IMG/VR virus record: IMGVR_UViG_3300009152_000029
From: an uncultured virus (IMG/VR IMGVR_UViG_3300009152_000029)
Lineage: Duplodnaviria > Heunggongvirae > Uroviricota > Caudoviricetes
Direction: 5' to 3' (one strand)
Length of the DNA: 64,000 bases
Numbering within the stretch: position 1 is the first letter of the stretch; every line of letters begins with the position of its first letter. This document shows, in pieces, positions 9,498-19,776 of the stretch. Both the position numbers and the translations under genes were made by a program. The notes below the pieces were generated by a model. The model did not search any database and was not told the origin of the DNA. It saw only the letters and a list, made by a program, of their open reading frames with translations.

Positions 9498-10358
9498 ATG
9501 GCATTTGAACTCAACACATCTCTATCAACAGGTGTGTCAGGAAATTATTGGTATTTAGGCTACGTTGAAGTTATCTGTAACGAAAATCCATTTGTCAACG
9601 CCTCTATGGATTTGTATTTAGACAGACAAGCCAAACTTGATGGTAAATCAATTATGGAGAGAAGAACTACTAGAATGTCTCTTTATGATATTGATGCATC
9701 TGTTTCATATGATTTTAGAGTTTGTATTTACAGTGCATTGATGCAAAGGTCAGAATGGGCAAACGCTGTGATGATTTATGATGATCCAGTGCAAAACCCA
9801 AAATGTCAAGATGCTTCTGTAACAACTGAAATGGAAACTCCTGTAGCAATTACAATCGGTGCATATGACCCATACAATGTTCCTTTTACGTTTTCAATTG
9901 TAGACCAACCAGCAAATGGTTCAGTCACTATCGAAATGGCAAATGTTGATTTTGGAGCTGGAACATTATCAAGCCCAGTTTTTACATACACTCCTGATGC
10001 TGGTTTCGCCGGTCAAGATTCATTTTCTTACACTGCTACAAACGACAATGGAATTGTGGGTAATACAGCGATTGTTACAATTGCAGTTCCTACTCAAATT
10101 CCAAGCGCATCGTCTTTTTCATTAACAACTGGAATGAACGTTGCAGTAGTTTTACCATTTAGCGCAACAGACCCTAATGATTTAGCATTGACATATTCTG
10201 TTTCAAGTAATCCAGCTAATGGTTCTGTAAGTCAGTCTGGAGATGTATTTACATACACTCCTAATCAAGATGTAATTGGCACTGACTCATTTACATATAA
10301 AGCTTCTAATGGTTCTTTTGAGAGTAAAGCTGCAAATATTAATATCAATATAGGATAA
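9498..10358 (+). CDS. Ig/cadherin-like (Big_9-type) repeat virion protein
   Basis: Two repeats of PANGSV...FTYTP...G.DSF.Y.A. Confidence 0.75.
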   Translation: MAFELNTSLSTGVSGNYWYLGYVEVICNENPFVNASMDLYLDRQAKLDGKSIMERRTTRMSLYDIDASVSYDFRVCIYSALMQRSEWANAVMIYDDPVQNPKCQDASVTTEMETPVAITIGAYDPYNVPFTFSIVDQPANGSVTIEMANVDFGAGTLSSPVFTYTPDAGFAGQDSFSYTATNDNGIVGNTAIVTIAVPTQIPSASSFSLTTGMNVAVVLPFSATDPNDLALTYSVSSNPANGSVSQSGDVFTYTPNQDVIGTDSFTYKASNGSFESKAANININIG

Positions 10359-10362
10359 ATAT

Positions 10363-10530
10363 ATGGAAGAAAAAAATATTGTTGAAGATAAAAAAGCACA
10401 ATCAAATCCACTTAAAGCAATCAACGATGTCATTGCTGAACTTGAAAAAGATCCAGAAATGACCAAAGAAGTTGAAGCATTGCATAAAGTTTTTATCAAA
10501 GTATCAAAAGCAATCTATAAGAGCAAATAA
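10363..10530 (+). CDS. 55-aa protein consisting mostly of the helical tag
   Basis: Manual translation MEEKNIVEDKKAQSNPLKAINDVIAELEKDPEMTKEVEALHKVFIKVSKAIYKSK; fills the gap with a TAATG overlap. Confidence 0.6.
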   Translation: MEEKNIVEDKKAQSNPLKAINDVIAELEKDPEMTKEVEALHKVFIKVSKAIYKSK

Positions 10531-10952
10531 TGGATACGAATAAATTAAGATTTTTATCATCATTAGTTGAGAAGTTAGAAAACGAAGGCAACATAATTGA
10601 AGCAAACGTAGTTCATAATCTTTTTATGAAACAAGCCTCAGAGTTTGATAAAGATTATAATGTGAAATTTCCTATGAATCTTAATCAAGCTCTAGATGAA
10701 TTTGACGCTGATTCTTATGAAGTGGATAAAGATGGACATTGGGAAGATACTGAAACTATAAGTGATTTTAGAGAAGAAACTTCTGACGATATGATGCACA
10801 GTCCAGCTGCAGTAGATGACGATCACTTAATTTTTTATAATGAAGACAAAAATCATGTCGAAGTTATGAATATGATTCCAAAACATCACTTAGAAACTTT
10901 ACATAATAATCCAAGTAAGAAAACAAGATTTATTAAAAGAGCTGACGATTAA
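10530..10952 (+). CDS. acidic protein with N-terminal helical tag
   Basis: LSSLVEKLENEGNIIEANVVHNLFMKQAS. Confidence 0.65.
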   Translation: MDTNKLRFLSSLVEKLENEGNIIEANVVHNLFMKQASEFDKDYNVKFPMNLNQALDEFDADSYEVDKDGHWEDTETISDFREETSDDMMHSPAAVDDDHLIFYNEDKNHVEVMNMIPKHHLETLHNNPSKKTRFIKRADD

Positions 10953-10953
10953 A

Positions 10954-11745
10954 ATGGAAATTAAGCGAATTGTTGAATGTAAAAATCACGGCGGACTTGA
11001 TGATTGGTTTAAGAAAGAAAAGTGGGTGGATGTATCAAGACCAAAGAAAAAGGGTAAGGGATTTGAACCTTGTGGAAGAGGAGATACTTCAAAAGGTAAG
11101 AAGCCTGTATGTACTCCTGCCAACAAAGCTAAAAATTTATCTGACAGACAAAGAAAAAATAGAATTCGTCAAAAGAGAAAGAAAGAAAGAGATCCAAACC
11201 CAGATAAAAAGCCTAATGTAACAAAGTATACAGAACAAGCTGGCGGAAAATCTAATGTTTCTAATACATCTAGGTTTAGAATTGTTACAAGCAATGAAAG
11301 CCCGAGATTTGTAAAAGTTGCATTGATGGGCGAAGAGGATGAAGAAAGAACATCTGATCTCAGCAAATACTTTAATGATATTGATACGATTGTTCAGGAA
11401 ATGACTAGAGCTATAACAGTTGGCTCTTTAATGTCTGTAACAGATTCGATAGAACCAGGCTTAACAGGTCCAGGAGATCCATTTACTGGCAAAGACACTT
11501 CAGCACCTGAGATTTTGCAAAAACTTCCAGATGCAAATCAAGATGAAATGACTGAAAGAGAATATCTTAGGTATATCAGATTTGCAGTTAAAGCAAGAAA
11601 TAATCTATATGAAAAAGCAGTCAAAAGCCAAGACGCAAAAATGGCAGAAATTGCATTATTGTTACGTAAAAACAATATCAATCCATTCAATTCTGGTGAT
11701 GTATCTGGCGTAGTCAGAGAAGTTTTAGAAAAAAGAATGAAATGA
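10954..11745 (+). CDS. basic Cys-containing phage head-associated protein
   Basis: GGLDDWFKKEKWVD...CGR...PVCTPA motif; internal RFVKVA motif. Confidence 0.6.
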   Translation: MEIKRIVECKNHGGLDDWFKKEKWVDVSRPKKKGKGFEPCGRGDTSKGKKPVCTPANKAKNLSDRQRKNRIRQKRKKERDPNPDKKPNVTKYTEQAGGKSNVSNTSRFRIVTSNESPRFVKVALMGEEDEERTSDLSKYFNDIDTIVQEMTRAITVGSLMSVTDSIEPGLTGPGDPFTGKDTSAPEILQKLPDANQDEMTEREYLRYIRFAVKARNNLYEKAVKSQDAKMAEIALLLRKNNINPFNSGDVSGVVREVLEKRMK

Positions 11746-12038
11746 AATTAGATGATTATTGTATTGTAAAATATGGTTTGTCTGAAGCAGATTTTTGGAT
11801 TTACGCAAGAGGTTCAGAAAAAAGTTTGGGCCAACCTACAAAAGATTCTGAAAATATAGCTAAAAAAATAGGAATAAAAGTTAAAGAAGATTCACTAAAT
11901 GTTTTGGATCCTGGATATTTGTATTATGTTTTTATGCATTTACACAATACTCAATTTTGGCAAAAAAATGGTTTGGTATATGGCTCTTTAGACTTGAAAA
12001 ATTTAAGAGTTGAAGATATAAAAAATTTATCTTTTTGA
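11742..12038 (+). CDS. hypothetical phage protein
   Basis: ORF overlaps the upstream gene by ATGA. Confidence 0.6.
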   Translation: MKLDDYCIVKYGLSEADFWIYARGSEKSLGQPTKDSENIAKKIGIKVKEDSLNVLDPGYLYYVFMHLHNTQFWQKNGLVYGSLDLKNLRVEDIKNLSF

Positions 12039-12052
12039 AAAGGAATAAAAAA

Positions 12053-12637
12053 ATGATTAGATTTGCTGGAAATGTCATCGAAGTAAAAAAACTTTTTCCA
12101 AAAGCTGAGAAGAGACAAAGATTCGTTAAGGTCTCTATGGGCATTGGTTTGTCTATGCTTTCGGGTGGTTTAGAAAAAGCTGTAAGTATGTTAGCTTCAA
12201 AATTACACGAGAATTGGGCATCAGGCTACAGAGCTGGAGAATCAGCCAAAGGTAATGAAAATCCAACCAGAATGAAAGATGACGGTATGGGTGGGCAAGT
12301 TGATATCTTGAATACATCTTACACTGACTTACCACCAAAATGGCAAGCAGAAAATAAAGCTCAAGCAGAATCAGCTATTAGTTTAGTAGCTGAAAATATG
12401 GATAATGCAATGGGCAATATTGATGGTCTTGCTTCTGAAGTTCACGAGCAATGGTTGTCAAGAAACTCTTGGGCAAAAGATGGTCCTTTAGGCGTACCTT
12501 ATTCTGAATTGCCAGAAGAAGAAAAACAAAAGGATAAAGATGTTATTACTGCAGCTTACGAAATCTTAAGCCAAATGATGAGTGCTCAAGATGAAGAAAT
12601 GCCAGAAGATATGGAAGAAGAACCAAGCGAAATTTAA
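12053..12637 (+). CDS. RyR-domain protein (two repeats)
   Basis: LASKLHENW...YTDLPPKWQAEN and LASEVHEQW...VPYSELPEEEKQKD match the RyR repeat; AGGA RBS before ATG 12053. Confidence 0.7.
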   Translation: MIRFAGNVIEVKKLFPKAEKRQRFVKVSMGIGLSMLSGGLEKAVSMLASKLHENWASGYRAGESAKGNENPTRMKDDGMGGQVDILNTSYTDLPPKWQAENKAQAESAISLVAENMDNAMGNIDGLASEVHEQWLSRNSWAKDGPLGVPYSELPEEEKQKDKDVITAAYEILSQMMSAQDEEMPEDMEEEPSEI

Positions 12638-13050
12638 TATTTAGAAATATAAATTTTCTTTCCCAAAATAATCTTCCAAATCAGCTTAAGTCTCTCTAAG
12701 AAACTTAAGCTGATTTCTTTTTCTACAAACTCTTCAACAGTTTCTATAAGTACTTCGTCAAGATTACTTGTAACCGGAGAATAATCAGAACTAATTGAAT
12801 CTACTACAAATTCTAAATAATTTGTTGCAATTTTGTCAACTGGATTATAATTAACTATAAAATCTTCGTGCAATATCATATCAATACTGTCTGTATCTTC
12901 TGAATAAATTACCCACATCCCAGAATCTACTTCCAAATACATTTCAGTGTTTGGAATTTCAACTAGCTCAGATTCAAAACAATATTTTGCCTGAACTTCA
13001 TATCCGTATGCATTTATAAAAGATTGATAAAGATAGCTATTTTTTAACAT
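12634..13050 (-). CDS. hypothetical protein
   Basis: ORF in the minus-strand operon. Confidence 0.6.
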   Translation of the reverse strand: MLKNSYLYQSFINAYGYEVQAKYCFESELVEIPNTEMYLEVDSGMWVIYSEDTDSIDMILHEDFIVNYNPVDKIATNYLEFVVDSISSDYSPVTSNLDEVLIETVEEFVEKEISLSFLERLKLIWKIILGKKIYISKY

Positions 13051-13057
13051 TTCAAGC

Positions 13058-13627
13058 CTAATTTGACACAGACATTTTTTCTCGTAATTTTTTTAAACTT
13101 TTATTTGCAGTGTTGTTAATTGCCTGTCTACTTACATTGTACATAATAGCTACTTCATCGTAAGTAAAACCTTGCAAATAAATTAAGCTCAAAATTTCTT
13201 TTTCTTTTTTATTTAATTGACAAAGCATATTGTCTAATAATATTTTATTTTCATAAGAACTAATATCTTCAAAAGGATGATTTTCTGTGGAATTGTCATA
13301 AAGAAAATCATTTTGAACTATTTCTGGCTTAATCTTTTCTTTATTGTCTAAAACTCTTGATGGAATTTTGATCAATCCAGTGTCGCTTCTAAAATAGTGG
13401 CTTAAGTAAAAATTGATATAATTGTAAAGATGAGTAATGAGCTTTGTGTTTTTGCTAGGATCATAATTCCTAAAGGCTCTTATTGCACTTATTTTAGCTT
13501 CTTGCAAAACATCTTCTAAAGGATATTTCTTGTTGTAGCGAAGATATTGTTTGTTAGCTAATTTGAATATCAACTTTTCAAAATCACGTAAAACTTTTTC
13601 TTCTTTCCGCTTATCAATAGCTATCAT
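13058..13627 (-). CDS. RNA polymerase sigma-70 family factor
   Basis: Region 2 (EDVLQEAKISAIRAFRNYDPSKNTKLITH) and region 4 HTH (TYDEVAIMYNVSRQAIN). Confidence 0.85.
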   Translation of the reverse strand: MIAIDKRKEEKVLRDFEKLIFKLANKQYLRYNKKYPLEDVLQEAKISAIRAFRNYDPSKNTKLITHLYNYINFYLSHYFRSDTGLIKIPSRVLDNKEKIKPEIVQNDFLYDNSTENHPFEDISSYENKILLDNMLCQLNKKEKEILSLIYLQGFTYDEVAIMYNVSRQAINNTANKSLKKLREKMSVSN

Positions 13628-13636
13628 TGTTTGCCC

Positions 13637-14278
13637 TCAGCTATTAGATGCAACAACTTCTTTTTTTGTTCTCGCAAAACTCTTCCAAACTTCTAAATCA
13701 AAATCTGCAACATTTTTATTATTCTTTGCACACCAATTTAAAAACATATCTTCCCAGTATCTATAGGTCAATGGGATTACAGGAGTAGATTTAGGCGCTC
13801 TATCATCAATGTTTTCTTTTATAAACTTTAAAATATGAGTATCTAATATTGCAATTTTGTCCTTATAAAATGTGTCTGAATGCAATAGGAAAAATCTACT
13901 TGTTTTCATTCCAACACCAGGAATTTCTTCTAGTATTTTTGGTGTCATTCTGTTCAAGTTATATTCACGTTCAGAAATATATTTGAATCCAGAAAAGATT
14001 TTTTTGTATTGACCTAGTTTTGCTAATTTAATTTCTTCAAACAAAATACCGTGTTGTTCTGCGCTTTTAATTGTTTGAAATGGCTTTACATTTTCTGGCA
14101 TTAACAATCTTTTGTTTACAGAAATTAAAAATTGTTCAAGTTTCTCTGCTTGTATATATGCAGTTTTTCCAGCCACTACAATGCAAAACAAGAGGAAAAG
14201 CTGAAGCTCTTCCTCTGTCCTGTTATAATTAGTTATCTTGTAAGGGTCAATCTTCGTCGTCATCATCTTCATCTTCAC
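13637..14278 (-). CDS. HhH-GPD DNA glycosylase (OGG2-like)
   Basis: IPGVGMKTSRFFL HhH motif and AILDTHILKF. Confidence 0.7.
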   Translation of the reverse strand: MKMKMMTTKIDPYKITNYNRTEEELQLFLLFCIVVAGKTAYIQAEKLEQFLISVNKRLLMPENVKPFQTIKSAEQHGILFEEIKLAKLGQYKKIFSGFKYISEREYNLNRMTPKILEEIPGVGMKTSRFFLLHSDTFYKDKIAILDTHILKFIKENIDDRAPKSTPVIPLTYRYWEDMFLNWCAKNNKNVADFDLEVWKSFARTKKEVVASNS

Positions 14279-14900
14279 TAATTATCATATCACCAACTTG
14301 GATAAAATCAAATATCGATAATTGCTTAGACCATTGTTTAATTTCTTTTTTTGCTTTCTGAAAATTCTTTTTTCTTGTATTTTCTTGTCTTGTTTCTTTG
14401 AGGAATTCAGCATATTCAGATAATTCTTCCCAAGAGAGATTTTCATCAATCCAAGCTAAAAGTTTTTGATCATCCAATAGCAGTTCATCGCCTAAATCAA
14501 CTTCAGAGTTTTCATCACCCGACAGTTTATTTCTTAAAGATAAAACATCTAAAATCCTAACTTGCCATTTTGTTTTGTCCGGGAAAGTTATAATTAAGTC
14601 TTTGCAGAACAATTTGTTTTTATTCTTTTGATATTCATCAAAAAGACTTACCCAATCTTCAAATAAATCAAAATATTCTGCACCTTCATCATAATTGCTT
14701 TCAAGAAAACTTGTAACTTCTGCTCTTGTTATATCAAAAACTAAGCCAAAATCTTCAGAATTATAAAGACTGTTATTTTTATGGATTACTTGATGAGTCA
14801 TAGACGCAATAAGAACATCTACATCAGCGTCAAAAATATTCTTGCCAATCTTAATTTTGACACTCTCTGGAAGGTACTTATCCTTCTGTACTGTCTTCAT
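14247..14900 (-). CDS. hypothetical protein
   Basis: 217-aa ORF in operon. Confidence 0.6.
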   Translation of the reverse strand: MKTVQKDKYLPESVKIKIGKNIFDADVDVLIASMTHQVIHKNNSLYNSEDFGLVFDITRAEVTSFLESNYDEGAEYFDLFEDWVSLFDEYQKNKNKLFCKDLIITFPDKTKWQVRILDVLSLRNKLSGDENSEVDLGDELLLDDQKLLAWIDENLSWEELSEYAEFLKETRQENTRKKNFQKAKKEIKQWSKQLSIFDFIQVGDMIISEDEDDDDED

Positions 14901-15192
14901 TTATTGCTTTTTCTACTCTTTCATAATCAAGCAAATACATATCGTCTTGAATATCACCACTGTCAGTTACAAACTTTACTTTGCCAACTCTGAGTCCAAT
15001 GTCTTTCATAAATCGCTTGGGATCTTCACCATTTACTTTAACAACAGGCTTGAAGTCAATTGCAGTATCAGCAAAAAATGCAGTCCACATACTCATTTGT
15101 TTTTCTTTTAAAAACATCCAAACTGCAAAATATTCTTCTAATGCCACAGCTTGAGCTTCAGTCAAATTGTCAAATTCAACATTAATTTTCAT
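14878..15192 (-). CDS. hypothetical protein
   Basis: ORF in operon with GAGG RBS. Confidence 0.6.
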   Translation of the reverse strand: MKINVEFDNLTEAQAVALEEYFAVWMFLKEKQMSMWTAFFADTAIDFKPVVKVNGEDPKRFMKDIGLRVGKVKFVTDSGDIQDDMYLLDYERVEKAINEDSTEG

Positions 15193-15210
15193 AACATTAC
15201 CTCAATCAAC

Positions 15211-16395
15211 TTATACATCATCAAACAGTCTTCCAGGATCCCCAAAAGAAATTCTATCAGGAACTTCATATAATTCTTTAGCTTCAAATGTTGGAAAAAA
15301 ATCCAAATCAAATAGCTGTAAGTTTATATCTTCTTGTTTGATTGTTCTTGTAAATCTAATGCCAACAATTAAAGGAATCGCTCTCAAATCTAATTCTGGC
15401 ATCTTTTTCCATAAAGAATTAGCAATGACAGACCAATAAGTATAATCCATTGAAGCAATAGCAATAGGACTTACTTTTTTATAAGTACCTCTTCGTTTAG
15501 TTTCAGTATTGCGCCAAGATAAATAAACAGATATTCTTTTAGCCCCAATTCTGTTCTTATTTAGCCTTTCTAAGCCTTTATAGAGTAATGCCTCAAAAAC
15601 TTCGTAAGCACCAGAATCATCTCGTTTATTAGGGGGTAAAACGTGAGTATGCCCAAATGATTTAGGTATGTCATTTCCAGATAAACCGTAATCACATTGC
15701 AAAGACCCACGAATCATATGATACCAACGAGCACCAATTATACTCCCCCAAGCTTTTTTCAATTTCAACTCTTCCATACTAAATAAATCATTAACAGTTT
15801 TTATTTTAGATTTATTTAGACGAGCCTCCATTCTTTCTGCTATTCCTGGAAGATCTGTCAAGCCTAAAGTCTCCAACTGCTCCTGGGCTTTTTGGCCCAG
15901 GGCAGTGAATCCATTAGGCTTTTCCATATCAGCAGCTACTTTAGACAAAAATACATTTCTAGCAACACCTATTGAACAAGTCATATGCTCTCCCAACTCG
16001 TCCATCAAATCAAGCTTCAATAAGGCTGCTATCATTTCACACTCAAACTCATCGTCCTCATCAATTTCACAAGCCATTTCATCAATACTTAGAACTTGTA
16101 CTTTTTCAAAATGACGATATAAAATTTCAACTATTTTATTATGCACTTCTACATATCGATGAGGTCTAGCCCCACAAACAAAAAGACCTGGGATTTTTTC
16201 CTTCGCCGTTTTTACACGGGTTCCAGTCTTTACCCCAAGTCTTTTAGCCTGATATGATGCAGCAATTGCACACGTATAGTCAGAAACAACAGGAACTACA
16301 ATTACAGGCTTCCCACGATACTGTTCATTATCTTGCTGTTCCACACTAGCATAGAATGAATTAAAATCAATAAATAATCGCCTATAAAATGCCAT
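15211..16395 (-). CDS. dinB: Y-family DNA polymerase (DinB/UmuC-like)
   Basis: FIDFNSFYASVEQ, AASYQAKRLGVKTG, SIDE, CSIGVA..LSKVAAD..KPNG. Confidence 0.9.
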   Translation of the reverse strand: MAFYRRLFIDFNSFYASVEQQDNEQYRGKPVIVVPVVSDYTCAIAASYQAKRLGVKTGTRVKTAKEKIPGLFVCGARPHRYVEVHNKIVEILYRHFEKVQVLSIDEMACEIDEDDEFECEMIAALLKLDLMDELGEHMTCSIGVARNVFLSKVAADMEKPNGFTALGQKAQEQLETLGLTDLPGIAERMEARLNKSKIKTVNDLFSMEELKLKKAWGSIIGARWYHMIRGSLQCDYGLSGNDIPKSFGHTHVLPPNKRDDSGAYEVFEALLYKGLERLNKNRIGAKRISVYLSWRNTETKRRGTYKKVSPIAIASMDYTYWSVIANSLWKKMPELDLRAIPLIVGIRFTRTIKQEDINLQLFDLDFFPTFEAKELYEVPDRISFGDPGRLFDDV

Positions 16396-16402
16396 ACATA
16401 CA

Positions 16403-16759
16403 CTATACCATAAATGGCACAGCTAGATTCAACTCAACTAATTTTTGATTTAAACAAACCCAAAGATTTTCTGCTTCTTTGTAATATACCCAAGCTAAAT
16501 ATCTACCATACTTTTCTTTAGTATCTTTTTTGGTCAAGATACAAACTTCTTTATTTAAGATTTTACTCTCAACATATTCTTTTGAAGCTAATCCTGCCGT
16601 TCTATTTTCACCTCTGATTTCAGGTGTGTTTATTTCAGCAAGTCTAAACTCCATTTTTCTTGCACCAAAATTGAAACCAAGATCAACATCACCATAAATT
16701 GTATCTCCATCAACAACTCTGGTTACTGTCATTTTGTAATGATATAAAAATTCTGTCAT
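16403..16759 (-). CDS. thermonuclease (SNase) family protein
   Basis: RVVDGDT, RLAEINTPE, KYGRYLA. Confidence 0.85.
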   Translation of the reverse strand: MTEFLYHYKMTVTRVVDGDTIYGDVDLGFNFGARKMEFRLAEINTPEIRGENRTAGLASKEYVESKILNKEVCILTKKDTKEKYGRYLAWVYYKEAENLWVCLNQKLVELNLAVPFMV

Positions 16760-16945
16760 TTAGTTTTCGGGATAAACAAAATATGCTTCTCCCATCTCCT
16801 CTTTTTTATTATGCTTGCGCAATAAATAAAGCTGATATGAAACAGAAGTCAGCACAAGAAGTATTGCGCTGACTGTAAATAATTGCCCTTTTGAAAGCTT
16901 GATTCTAAGATTTCTGATCTCCATAATAACCCTCCACACACTCAT
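16760..16945 (-). CDS. small membrane protein
   Basis: One hydrophobic helix; abuts the SNase gene. Confidence 0.5.
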   Translation of the reverse strand: MSVWRVIMEIRNLRIKLSKGQLFTVSAILLVLTSVSYQLYLLRKHNKKEEMGEAYFVYPEN

Positions 16946-16995
16946 AGATATTATACTTAATTTATAATCTGGTGTATGAAATATATTATGAAAAA

Positions 16996-18609
16996 TTAGA
17001 AACTTCCTTCTTGAATTAAGACCTTTTCATTTGTTACTGGCTTGTCTACAATTAAGGCTTCTGTAGTCAATACTAAAACAGCAATTGATACTGCATTTTG
17101 GACAGCTGAACGAGTGACTTTAGCAGGATCGATAATGCCTTCTTGTATCATATCAACATACTTACCTGACCTTGCATTAAGTCCAATTCCGTTGTCTCTT
17201 GAACACACTGTATCAACAACAACATCAGGACTAATACCAGCGTTGAAAGCAATTTGTCTGATAGGTTCCATAAGTGCTTTTCTAACAATTTCAAAACCAA
17301 CTTTCTCATCTTCTTCAGTGAGAACATTCATAGTTTCTAATTGTTGAGAAATACGTAAGAGAGTTGTACCACCACCAGGAACGATACCTTCTTCAACAGC
17401 AGCACGAGTAGCAGCCAAAGCATCTTCATATCGATACTTCTTCTCAACTAATTCTGCTTCAGTACTGGCGCCGACCTTAATGATTGCAACACCACCCGAA
17501 AGCTTTGCAATTCTTTCATTGAGCATTCTAGCTTCATAATCACTCTCTACTTGTGAAAGAGTAACTTTTAATTGAGAAATACGATCTTCAATCTTAACGT
17601 CATCACCTTCTCCACCAATAATAGTAGTAGTTTCTTTGTTGATGATAACACTTTTTGCTTTACCTAAATTTTCAATAGTACAATTTTCAAGAGTAGTTCC
17701 CATCTCTGAGGAAATAACATCGGCGCCAGTTAAAGCAGCAATGTCATAAAGATATTCTTTCTTTTGTCCAGCAAATCCAGGAGTCTTTACAGCAACCCAA
17801 GGCATAGCACCCTTATGGACATTGATAACGAGCATTTGAAGAGCTGGACCGTCAACATTGTCAGCAACGATTACGATGGGTTTCTTTTGCTCGTTTACCT
17901 TAGTGAGAATTGGTAGAATTTCTGCTGGGTCTGAAATTTTGCCATCATAAAGAAGAATAAATGGTTCTGAATGACGACACTGCATCTTTTCTGCATTATT
18001 TACAAAGAATGCAGAAACATAACCCTTGTCAAATTTCATACCTTCAACAAGTGATAAGCATGTTTCTCGACCTCTAGATTCTTCAATGGTAATGACACCA
18101 TCTTTGCCAACAGCTTCCATAGCATCAGCAACAATTTGTCCAACTTCAGCTTCATTGCCTGAGATAGTTGCAACAAATGTAATTTGTTCTTTGCTTTCGA
18201 TAGGTTTTGCAAGACTTTCAATAATTTCAACTGCTTTATTTGCAGCATATTCCATACCAACCTTAACGCTGATTGGATTGCCACCAGAAGAAATATATTT
18301 AAGGCCACCATTAACTAAAGCTTGCGCAAGAACCGTAGCGGTAGTAGTTCCGTCACCAGCTACATCATTAGTCTTGCTGGAAACTTGCTTACATAATTGT
18401 GCACCCAAATCTTCATAAGGGTCTTCAAGTTCTACGTGTTTAGCTACTGTTACGCCATCTTTAGTAACAATTGGCCCTGAAGGTGATTGGATGACTACAT
18501 TGCGACCTTTAGGGCCTAATGTGGTTTTTACTGCGTTACTTACGATATCAACTCCACGACCCATAGCTTGTCGTGCATCATCATTGAAAGATAATTGTTT
18601 TGCTGGCAT
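16996..18609 (-). CDS. groEL: chaperonin GroEL
   Basis: TTLGPKGRNV, DVAGDGTTTATVLAQ, AAVEEGIVPGGG; 537 aa. Confidence 0.97.
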   Translation of the reverse strand: MPAKQLSFNDDARQAMGRGVDIVSNAVKTTLGPKGRNVVIQSPSGPIVTKDGVTVAKHVELEDPYEDLGAQLCKQVSSKTNDVAGDGTTTATVLAQALVNGGLKYISSGGNPISVKVGMEYAANKAVEIIESLAKPIESKEQITFVATISGNEAEVGQIVADAMEAVGKDGVITIEESRGRETCLSLVEGMKFDKGYVSAFFVNNAEKMQCRHSEPFILLYDGKISDPAEILPILTKVNEQKKPIVIVADNVDGPALQMLVINVHKGAMPWVAVKTPGFAGQKKEYLYDIAALTGADVISSEMGTTLENCTIENLGKAKSVIINKETTTIIGGEGDDVKIEDRISQLKVTLSQVESDYEARMLNERIAKLSGGVAIIKVGASTEAELVEKKYRYEDALAATRAAVEEGIVPGGGTTLLRISQQLETMNVLTEEDEKVGFEIVRKALMEPIRQIAFNAGISPDVVVDTVCSRDNGIGLNARSGKYVDMIQEGIIDPAKVTRSAVQNAVSIAVLVLTTEALIVDKPVTNEKVLIQEGSF

Positions 18610-18611
18610 AT

Positions 18612-19694
18612 TTACTCCGGTTTGACACTCAAGGCTTCATTATTAAACCAACCTTGCTTCTGAAGAGACTGGCAGAGCTTAATGTATTTGTAAGCAGCTT
18701 CCAACGCAATTCTCCCCTTACTTGTTATACGAACAAATGGTGAAATTATAACAACAGTTTGTCCATTTGATGGGTTTATGTATTCAAGAGTTATATCAGA
18801 AAGAAGAAATGGTTCAATCATTGATATGACGGTACTTTCTTGTTCCTGACACATATTTGCGATGGAGCGACTACCTAAAGGCCGACTCTCACGTAACATT
18901 TTTGTAATGTAATTTCGGCTTGCATAGTCAAGACCTACAATAGGGTCTATTTGGTGCAGTCTAAGCATTTTATACAATAATGTTTTGGTAAGCATATCTC
19001 TAGTAACTCTACCAGGAGTAGATGCCTCAGCGATATCTACAAAGTGGCGAAGAAGAGTGTAGCAGATTCTGGCAGTTTTACGTGAAAGCTGGGCGATTCT
19101 ACGAGCAATATCTTCAGGAATGTCAAGATTGTAAACTCTTTCTCCAGCAGTTATTGCCATATTTGTAAGCTCGTCAACAGTGTAAGGAACAAGCTGTCCT
19201 TTATATTGAAAACGTGACAGCAAGGCGGTCTTTAAGTCGCCAGTGTGCGTAGTTGCACCAATAAGAGTGAACTTTGGTAGATTGATAATTCTTTGGCGCT
19301 GGAGATTCTTGTCTTCGATAGTACATTTAAAATCTTCCATTACACCGTAAAGATTTTCTTGCACATCACTAGACAATGCGTGAATTTCATCAATAAACAG
19401 GACATCGTTTTCTTCTACGTTGCGAAGAATTGCGTAAAAATCATTCCAGTTTTTAATTCTGGTAGCCATAACTTGATGAAAAGTAACACCCATTTCATTT
19501 GCCACTACATTTGCAAGAGTTGTCTTTCCCGCACCAGAAAATCCAAGGAAAAGCATATGAACAACGCTTTTTTGTGTCTTCTTGAAAGCAGTAATTTTAA
19601 GTCTAAGATTCTCTTTAATTTCTTCTTGACCAATAACTTGATCAAATGTTTTTGGCCTAAAGTCAGTGTCCATATTATTCACTTGTGTAGTCAT
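18612..19694 (-). CDS. ruvB: Holliday junction branch migration ATPase RuvB
   Basis: RPKTFDQVIGQE, Walker A GFSGAGKT, VLFIDEIH, FTLIGATT, IEPFL. Confidence 0.85.
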   Translation of the reverse strand: MTTQVNNMDTDFRPKTFDQVIGQEEIKENLRLKITAFKKTQKSVVHMLFLGFSGAGKTTLANVVANEMGVTFHQVMATRIKNWNDFYAILRNVEENDVLFIDEIHALSSDVQENLYGVMEDFKCTIEDKNLQRQRIINLPKFTLIGATTHTGDLKTALLSRFQYKGQLVPYTVDELTNMAITAGERVYNLDIPEDIARRIAQLSRKTARICYTLLRHFVDIAEASTPGRVTRDMLTKTLLYKMLRLHQIDPIVGLDYASRNYITKMLRESRPLGSRSIANMCQEQESTVISMIEPFLLSDITLEYINPSNGQTVVIISPFVRITSKGRIALEAAYKYIKLCQSLQKQGWFNNEALSVKPE

Positions 19695-19776
19695 TTAGTA
19701 ATAAACCTTCGGATTCGATATAACGATAATATCATAAGCTGACCAAATTGCAAACTTCAGCCTGTATAAAACAGTC

